From: Microcystaceae cyanobacterium
GTDB taxonomy: Bacteria; Cyanobacteriota; Cyanobacteriia; Cyanobacteriales; Microcystaceae
NCBI GenBank assembly: GCA_041746575.1
Contig: JBGTGT010000037.1
Location: 1 to 34,430, forward strand
Length of the DNA: 34,430 bases
Reading direction: 5' to 3'
Positions 28,494 to 34,430 of this stretch are shown here, piece by piece. A program made the position numbers and the translations under genes. The notes beneath the pieces were generated by a model. The model saw only the letters and a program-made list of their open reading frames with translations, was not told where the DNA came from and did not search any database. Numbering within the stretch: the stretch's first letter is position 1; each line of letters opens with the position of its first letter.

Positions 28494-28646
28494 TTAACAG
28501 TTATCTTTATTAGGGTTACCTGGACATTGATCATTCATCACGACCGTTGAATCAGCGATGGGATTAGCAAAGGCTACTCCGGCAGTGTTTAATCCAACGA
28601 TTAAGAATAAAATCCCAATTAATCCTAGTTTAATCGGCTTTTTCAT
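28494..28646 (-). CDS. Unannotated 50-aa secreted peptide precursor with C-terminal Cys-x8-Cys
   Basis: MKKPIKLGLIGILFLIVGLNTAGVAFA-NPIADSTVVMNDQCPGNPNKDNC*; RBS AGGAGGA 28657-28651; signal peptide ending AFA; own promoter and downstream hairpin. Confidence 0.85.
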   Translation of the reverse strand: MKKPIKLGLIGILFLIVGLNTAGVAFANPIADSTVVMNDQCPGNPNKDNC

Positions 28647-28729
28647 TATCTCCTCCTGATTGCACCCTGATTGATCCGCAGAAAGGTCAATGTTGATCCC
28701 AAAAAACCAACTTATCTCTTTCTGCCTAT

Positions 28730-28788
28730 AGCATAAGCAATCTCAAAGAAGGATGTCAGTCCCATTGAACATGGAAAAAAGTGGAACT
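28730..28788 (-). promoter_or_regulatory. Putative promoter of the peptide gene: TTCCA repeats, TGGGA-CTGACA-TCC core and -10 TATGCT
   Basis: CTGACA 28759-28754, 18-bp spacer, TATGCT 28735-28730. 28777-28751 is 22/27 identical to 6164-6190. Confidence 0.6.
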
Positions 28789-28850
28789 CTTTGTTCAAAT
28801 TGTGAATAATAAAATGGATAGACGATTACCCTGATATCTAAAATAACACT

Positions 28851-30230
28851 ATGAAACCGACAGGTTGGGATCAGTTTCTCAGAGAGATTATTATCGATTA
28901 TGGCTTAAAAGGCAAACTCAAAGATATTTTTTTGGTGCGTTTTGCTTACGAAAACTGGCGAAAACCCGATACAGAGGTGTGGGAATTAGCGGAAGCGGCG
29001 AGCCACGAAACCTATAAGAAGCAAATGACCGAACTTTACCGCTTTTTTGCCAGTGATCAACCTAACGGTTGCCCCGAATTGGTGTCCCATAGTAAAGGTC
29101 CGGGAAAATTCTCGATTGTGCGAGATTGGCTGAAAGATATTAAATATCCCGACTGGAAACAGCATAATTCTCCTTATTCTGTTGCTAATGCTCCTATTAC
29201 CTTGCCAAATGTCAATTCAAGCGATACGAGCATCTATATTCCGCGTCCTCCCGTTGAAACTGAATGTTTTCTAGAAATAACCCAAGCAGGAGCGTTAATT
29301 CGGATTAAAGCCCCTGAAAAAATGGGTAAAACCTCTCTTTTATCAACAATTTTAAACTACACAGATACCCTCAATTATCGAAGCGTTTATTTAAACCTTC
29401 AAGGGGCAGAAGGGGCAATTTTTAGTAGCTTGGACAAGTTCTTGCGGTGGTTTTCCGCTAATATTGCTAGGGAACTTAATATGAAACCGAATTTGGATGA
29501 TTACTGGGATGAGGAATTATTTGGTAGTTTGGTTAGTTGTAAAACATATTTTCAGAGTTATCTTTTGGCGGAAATTGGGCAACCTTTAGTCTTAGGATTA
29601 GATAATGTGGATCGCTTATTTGATTATCAAGATATTGCTCAAGATTTCTTTCCAATGCTTCGTTTTTGGCATGAAGAGGCAAAAAACAGTGAAATATGGC
29701 AAAATTTACGTTTAATTATTGCCAATTCGACAGAAGCCTATATCAAACTCGATGTCAATCAATCTCCCTTTAATGTAGGGCGACAGGTCAAATTACCCGG
29801 CTTTACCCTCGAACAGATGACCCAACTTGCCCAAGCCTATCAACTCAATCAACAGAATTTAAGCTCTTTCTTGACGAAATTGAGAGATTTAGTCGGTGGT
29901 CATCCCTATCTTTCTCGTTTAGCTTTAGAAGCTGTGCAAAATGAAAAAATTGACCCTTATACTCTCTTAACAGAAGCCTCGACTCAAGGTGGAATCTATG
30001 CCGCTCACCTACGCCGTCATTGGAATGCTCTCCAATCTTCTCCCGATTTAACCAAGGCGATGAAAGCAGTTGTCACCTCAGAAACGGGGGTTCAATTAGA
30101 TCCAGCGGTCGCCTATCGTTTAGAAAGTATGGGATTAATTACCCTCAATGGCGATGAAGCCCAAGCCAGTTTTCAATTGTATTTAAATTATTTTCGTGAT
30201 AACTTCAATCTGGGCGAAACCAGTCGCTAA
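28851..30230 (+). CDS. AAA_35-family P-loop NTPase with probable N-terminal HTH domain
   Basis: YIPRPPVE, Walker A APEKMGKTS, Walker B LVLGLDNVD, SPFNVG, GGHPYL. The N-terminal IFLVRF...ETYKKQMTELY...GPGK...WL resembles a LuxR/sigma-4-like HTH (inferred). Confidence 0.85.
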   Translation: MKPTGWDQFLREIIIDYGLKGKLKDIFLVRFAYENWRKPDTEVWELAEAASHETYKKQMTELYRFFASDQPNGCPELVSHSKGPGKFSIVRDWLKDIKYPDWKQHNSPYSVANAPITLPNVNSSDTSIYIPRPPVETECFLEITQAGALIRIKAPEKMGKTSLLSTILNYTDTLNYRSVYLNLQGAEGAIFSSLDKFLRWFSANIARELNMKPNLDDYWDEELFGSLVSCKTYFQSYLLAEIGQPLVLGLDNVDRLFDYQDIAQDFFPMLRFWHEEAKNSEIWQNLRLIIANSTEAYIKLDVNQSPFNVGRQVKLPGFTLEQMTQLAQAYQLNQQNLSSFLTKLRDLVGGHPYLSRLALEAVQNEKIDPYTLLTEASTQGGIYAAHLRRHWNALQSSPDLTKAMKAVVTSETGVQLDPAVAYRLESMGLITLNGDEAQASFQLYLNYFRDNFNLGETSR

Positions 30231-30282
30231 AACCCCAGAAAAATTCCTTTAAATTAAGCGGATTGCTTTTTTTTCTCTGAGC

Positions 30283-30348
30283 AGTGATAACCGTCACCCA
30301 GAAGGGGTGATCTTGATCATCGGCGATGCCCTCAACCCATACTACAAT
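30283..30348 (+). promoter_or_regulatory. Tandem CRP-type sites and -10 (class II promoter) upstream of the prepilin gene
   Basis: AGTGA-N6-TCACC 30283-30298; GGTGA-N6-TCATC 30306-30321; 21-bp gap; TACAAT 30343-30348. Confidence 0.6.
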
Positions 30349-30392
30349 CTTCGGCATAGATGGAGCTTGTGCCAATACGGGAGATTTTTTAA

Positions 30393-31580
30393 ATGGAAAT
30401 AGATCGCAGAGCAGGTCTTAAAAAAAGGCCGAACTTCAGCAAAAATACCCTTTTCAGCCCCCTTGGGCATTCTTATTTAGCTCGAGGATATACACTACTT
30501 GAATTACTAATTGCCGCTTCCTTAATCGGCGTTGTAGTCAGTGTTGCTGGATATGCAATGGTGCTTTCCATTACGAAGAACCAAAAATCCAGTGCCAATA
30601 GTACCATTTCCTACAATATTAATCGTGCCGCCGAGTTTATCCAAGAAGAAATTCGGGCAGCGAACTACGTTGAATCGAATGTTGCCGCCGCCGTTTCGTC
30701 CATCTCTGGCTTCACCTTACCGACGGGTGCGACCCCCATTTTGATTCTAAGCAGTTCTGGCGGTGATAGCATTGTTTATTATACCCAAACCGCTTCTAAG
30801 CCTTGGGTTGGCCCGAATGCCATCTATCGCTGGGGCTATCCTCTCGATGCAGATGGTCGCTACGATACGACGAAATCCCCTAGTAGTGAAATTTTAGTTG
30901 ATAATGTGGATAATCGTGCCGCTACTCCTCAATGTCCTACGGGTTGGCAATCTACGACTTCCTCGTCCAATACCAACAGAGGTTTTTCTGCTTGTGTTAG
31001 AAATAATCGCCTTGTTGAATTTAGCTTAAATGCAACTGTGACGCAGGCAGTGGGAGCAACGATGAACTATGGGACACAAACGTCCTCTTATGCAAGAAGT
31101 AATAATAATATTGTTGATATTACTTTTGAAGTGCTTGGAGGATCTGCGCAGTGTTCTTCTACTTCACCGGAAGTCCCGATGGATACGCAAATTACAATCA
31201 CAGCTAACGGGACACCAATAGATTATACCTTAATCAAAGGGACACCCTTAGACCTTTTCGAGATACCAGCCTCAGCAAAGATTGATGTTACCACCACTGC
31301 TTACTGGCAATGCTCATCAATCAAAGTAGTAAGTACCAAAACGCCGAATGTGCAGGTTAGAGCTTTACGTAATGGGGATAGTATCCCGAGTATTACCCCT
31401 TTTGGCAATCAATCTACCATAGATCTCTTTTTACGGAAATATATACAAAGTGGCAAGATTGTTTTGCCAGACAACCAAATTATCTATTTATTTGAAATGT
31501 ATGGTAGTGATCCTAATGCTTCTTATTTTGATTTACAAGACAATGTGGTATTGGCCACCATTAAAGTTCCTAAGCCTTAA
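30393..31580 (+). CDS. Type IV prepilin-like (minor pilin) protein with an extra C-terminal domain
   Basis: Class III signal RG-YTLLELLIAA with E at +5, followed by a hydrophobic helix; two Cys pairs. Confidence 0.88.
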   Translation: MEIDRRAGLKKRPNFSKNTLFSPLGHSYLARGYTLLELLIAASLIGVVVSVAGYAMVLSITKNQKSSANSTISYNINRAAEFIQEEIRAANYVESNVAAAVSSISGFTLPTGATPILILSSSGGDSIVYYTQTASKPWVGPNAIYRWGYPLDADGRYDTTKSPSSEILVDNVDNRAATPQCPTGWQSTTSSSNTNRGFSACVRNNRLVEFSLNATVTQAVGATMNYGTQTSSYARSNNNIVDITFEVLGGSAQCSSTSPEVPMDTQITITANGTPIDYTLIKGTPLDLFEIPASAKIDVTTTAYWQCSSIKVVSTKTPNVQVRALRNGDSIPSITPFGNQSTIDLFLRKYIQSGKIVLPDNQIIYLFEMYGSDPNASYFDLQDNVVLATIKVPKP

Positions 31581-31696
31581 TTAACAAGGTAATTTCCTAC
31601 TGCGCCCATTAATTTCCTCATCGAGATCCGTCAGTGACCAGTAACCCGCTATGATTAATGACAATCATCCTTAATTCATACTGAATGGGTTAATTT

Positions 31697-33391
31697 ATGT
31701 TGCCGCAGATGCGCCGTTTTCTTTATTCTCTGGGCATGGGTGTAACGTTATCTTTGTTCATGACGCTTCCCCTTAAGGCCGCTGATCGTTTATATTTTAT
31801 CTTTGGTCCGCTTAATTTATCATTAGGAATTGATTCATTAGAAGAATTTACCGAAACGGGTAACGTTAACCCAGAACTCGCTTTTTATTTTAGAGTGGCG
31901 AATGCTGACGCCGCTCAACAGGCGGCCTTCCGAGAAGCCTTAACTCGACGTATCGATCTCGAAAATCCAGTTCAGTTGTCTCGTTTTTTTAATAGTGCTT
32001 TAGGAGAGGAAATATTAACGAAAATAGGGAATTTATTGCAGATTCGGGGAGGAAGAAACGGAAAATATGCGATTAGAGGGGCCTTAGTTCAATCTGCTTT
32101 AGATCAAGAAAACGGGCTGACCCTACTTAACTTTCTCCGGCACTTGCCCACCTATATGCAACTGAATTTAGACGCCATTCAGGTAGCCTCAAGGTCATTA
32201 GAAGCTTTGGATCGAGGAACGCAATTACTAATCGAAGAAATGGAGCGATTGACCGCTGAAAAAGCGAAGAATGAGCAAAATATTGACTTCGCTAGTTTGC
32301 CCGACTTAACTCAACCGGGGAATTACGGAATCGCTGAACGAGAAATATGGAAACTTACCGATTCAACGCGTAATCGGGTATTTAACGTTCTTGTTTATCA
32401 GCCTCAACGGTTACGAGAGGACAAGACACCGATTATTGTCATTTCTCACGGTCTAGGCTCGCGCCCTGAGGATTTTGAGCATTGGGGACGACATTTAGCG
32501 TCTTATGGGTATGTGGTGGCTTTACCACAACATATTGGCAGTGATACTCAACAAACACAAGCGTTTTTGACAGGTTTATCCAGAGAGGTTTTTACAGTAG
32601 ATGAGTTTATTAATCGTCCCAAAGATGTGAGTTTTGTCATTGATGAATTTGAACGCCGCAATCAAGCTGAATTTGGCGGCAGATTGGACGTAGAAAATGT
32701 AGGGGTGGCAGGACATTCTTTTGGCGGTTATAATATGCTGGCTTTAGGCGGTGCGACCTTGAATTTTGAAAATTTAGACCGAACCTGTAACCAAGACAGA
32801 TGGTCTCCTAATGTGGCTTTACTGTTGCAATGCCGCGCCCTAGATTTACCCTCTTCCGATTTCGATCTTCCGCTTAAAGATGAACGGGTGAAGGCAATTA
32901 TTACGCTAAATCCAGTTTCAGGAGACATTTTTGGCGCAGAAGGCTTGAAAAATCTGAAAGTTCCTGTTGCTTTTGCCGCCGGAAGCAGTGATCCAGCCAC
33001 CCCAGCCGCACTTGAACAATTACGTGCTTTCGTTTGGGCGGGCAGTCAAGATAAATATTTTGCTTTGGTTAAAGGGCAAGCTCACGTTGATTTTACGCGC
33101 CTCGATGGTCATAGTCAGTCCATGTTGGATAGTTTTAATTTTATTGTTTTTCCTCAACAGGATATTTTAGATCGCTATGCCCAAATTTATACAGTTGCCT
33201 TTTTTGGACGACATCTCCTAAACGATGCCGCTTATGCCCCTTTTTTAACGCCTTCCTATAGTCAGTACATTAGTCGCTCACCCCATAACATTTATGTTGT
33301 CAATCAAGCGGCGGCGGTACCTTTAAGTGAACTGTTTAATCGGCATCGTCCTCGCGATCGCCCTCCGATTTATCCTCCTTTTCAACCTTAA
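31697..33391 (+). CDS. DUF1400 + alpha/beta hydrolase, exported
   Basis: Signal peptide, N-terminal DUF1400-like region, ISHGLGS, RPKDVSFVID and GHSFGG. Confidence 0.88.
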   Translation: MLPQMRRFLYSLGMGVTLSLFMTLPLKAADRLYFIFGPLNLSLGIDSLEEFTETGNVNPELAFYFRVANADAAQQAAFREALTRRIDLENPVQLSRFFNSALGEEILTKIGNLLQIRGGRNGKYAIRGALVQSALDQENGLTLLNFLRHLPTYMQLNLDAIQVASRSLEALDRGTQLLIEEMERLTAEKAKNEQNIDFASLPDLTQPGNYGIAEREIWKLTDSTRNRVFNVLVYQPQRLREDKTPIIVISHGLGSRPEDFEHWGRHLASYGYVVALPQHIGSDTQQTQAFLTGLSREVFTVDEFINRPKDVSFVIDEFERRNQAEFGGRLDVENVGVAGHSFGGYNMLALGGATLNFENLDRTCNQDRWSPNVALLLQCRALDLPSSDFDLPLKDERVKAIITLNPVSGDIFGAEGLKNLKVPVAFAAGSSDPATPAALEQLRAFVWAGSQDKYFALVKGQAHVDFTRLDGHSQSMLDSFNFIVFPQQDILDRYAQIYTVAFFGRHLLNDAAYAPFLTPSYSQYISRSPHNIYVVNQAAAVPLSELFNRHRPRDRPPIYPPFQP

Positions 33392-33467
33392 GAATAAGAG
33401 TAGAAATTTCTGATCTCTTTTGCTGTTTAACAGGGAATACTAAACCCATCATTTAATTTCTACCTCA

Positions 33468-34296
33468 ATGATCATGAATAAACCCCATTGGTTAGATATC
33501 ACGGAATATATAGCGCTCGCTATATCGGTTGGCGGCATGATTGGCACAATTATCCCGAAAGAAGTGATTTTGACGGCGACACCGCTAACAATTGCCTTAG
33601 TATTAAATATGATTAATCGTCAAAGACAGCTTGTCAATATTCGTCAACTTCCTGAACATCATAAGCTAGTTGAAATTTATGATTATCTAATTTCTGCCAA
33701 CGAAAGTTATCGCTTCTCTAAGTTAGAAATACAAAAAAAACTTGAAATATTTGAACAGAATCAGGCTTCGTTAACGTGAGTTCGAGGAGGGCAATTATCT
33801 TAATCTTTTTGTCTATTATAATTGGGATTAGGAAAGAAAAACAAATTATTGATTGGGGGACTAGCCCCCCAAACCCCCCAACGGGGGACGGAGTGCCTCC
33901 CTCGCACCCCCTGCACAAAAAAATTCAATAAAGAAGGCTCGTAGATTTTTTGAGGGTCGAACTCACGTTTCGTTAACGTCTTTTTTAGAACAGCTTAAAG
34001 AGGTTTATAAAAACGAGATGTATAATCTCTATAAAAAGGTTTAGATATTAGAAAATCAGCAATATGAAGCGAAAATTAATTCAATTATATTTATCTATCA
34101 TACAACAAATTGAAAAAATGACAAATTTGGTGAATTCAGAAAATCAAAAACATCATTATTCTACGTTAGAAATTAAGGAAAATTTGAATCTTTATTAGAA
34201 AAAACTGAAAGAGAAAATCTACAACTAAATTTAATAGAAATTTCTCAAAATACTTCTCAATTTAAACAAAATTCTACCACAACAATTCAAGAATAA
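33468..34296 (+). pseudogene. Membrane-anchored coiled-coil protein gene interrupted by a MITE and further decayed
   Basis: Its stop (33777-33779) lies inside the MITE end. Excision restores ...QASLTSFLEQLKEVYKNEMYNLYKKV*, and E/K/Q/L-rich fragments continue in shifted frames. End approximate. Confidence 0.65.
33774..33968 (+). mobile_element. 195-bp MITE with IS982-like ends
   Basis: 12-bp perfect TIR acgtgagttcga/tcgaactcacgt; 7-bp flanking duplication TTCGTTA (33767-33773 and 33969-33975); no transposase. Confidence 0.9.
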
Positions 34297-34306
34297 ACTA
34301 TGATTA

Positions 34307-34430
34307 ACCTGAGTTCTGGATAAGGAAAGGGAGAGATGATAAGCTGAAAAAGAACAAAATGTACAGCTAGCTCTCCCTATGATTAGTTTAGAAGATTTAT
34401 TCTGTCATGTCGCTGACTTTTGCCTTATAT
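34307..34430 (+). mobile_element. IS982-family element, left end and transposase start (ATG 34379), cut by the window edge
   Basis: End sequence acctgagttctggataag; ORF MISLEDLFCHVADFCLI resembles the IS982 N-terminal LFCxVDDF. Confidence 0.7.

Noticed and set aside
27759..30230. Uma2 nuclease + AAA_35 as an anti-phage defence pair
   Set aside because: Uma2 is broken and separated from the NTPase by a hairpin and an oppositely oriented gene, and Uma2 paralogs are scattered throughout cyanobacterial genomes. A defence role for the NTPase alone is not excluded.
1685..33170. Short ORFs nested in or antisense to recognised genes (e.g. 1685, 2444, 4584, 6780, 8073, 9483, 11382, 17728, 24162, 25050, 27008, 32728)
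   Set aside because: Shadow frames with no recognisable motifs; 25050 overlaps the tRNA.
33718..33918. 66-aa minus-strand ORF
   Set aside because: Reads through the MITE interior; spurious.

Overview
Cyanobacterial chromosome segment. Evidence: at least 9 HIP1 GCGATCGC octamers, cpcF, cruA, a group-2 sigma factor and a CbbY-like HAD; it looks unicellular/Chroococcales-like (inference). Most of it is unlinked housekeeping genes (cpcF, gcvT, cruA, menB, prfA, cydAB, trpD, tRNA-Pro(GGG)) plus accessory genes, two decayed Uma2 genes and mobile elements at both ends. Most notable: (1) an ORF missed by the ORF track (28494-28646, minus) encodes a 50-aa signal-peptide precursor of a Cys-x8-Cys peptide. 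It is divergent from an HTH + AAA_35 NTPase gene, and its promoter shares a 14-bp core and the same -35/-10 spacing with the promoter of another secreted-protein gene 22 kb away, suggesting a peptide/STAND-regulator regulon. (2) A remA-paralog + zur-like operon has a perfect Zur/Fur box at its -10. (3) Two class II CRP-type promoters have identical spacing. (4) A 195-bp IS982-type MITE with a 7-bp target duplication disrupts a gene, and a second copy has been hit by an IS630 element. All family assignments come from motif recognition; no database search was run.
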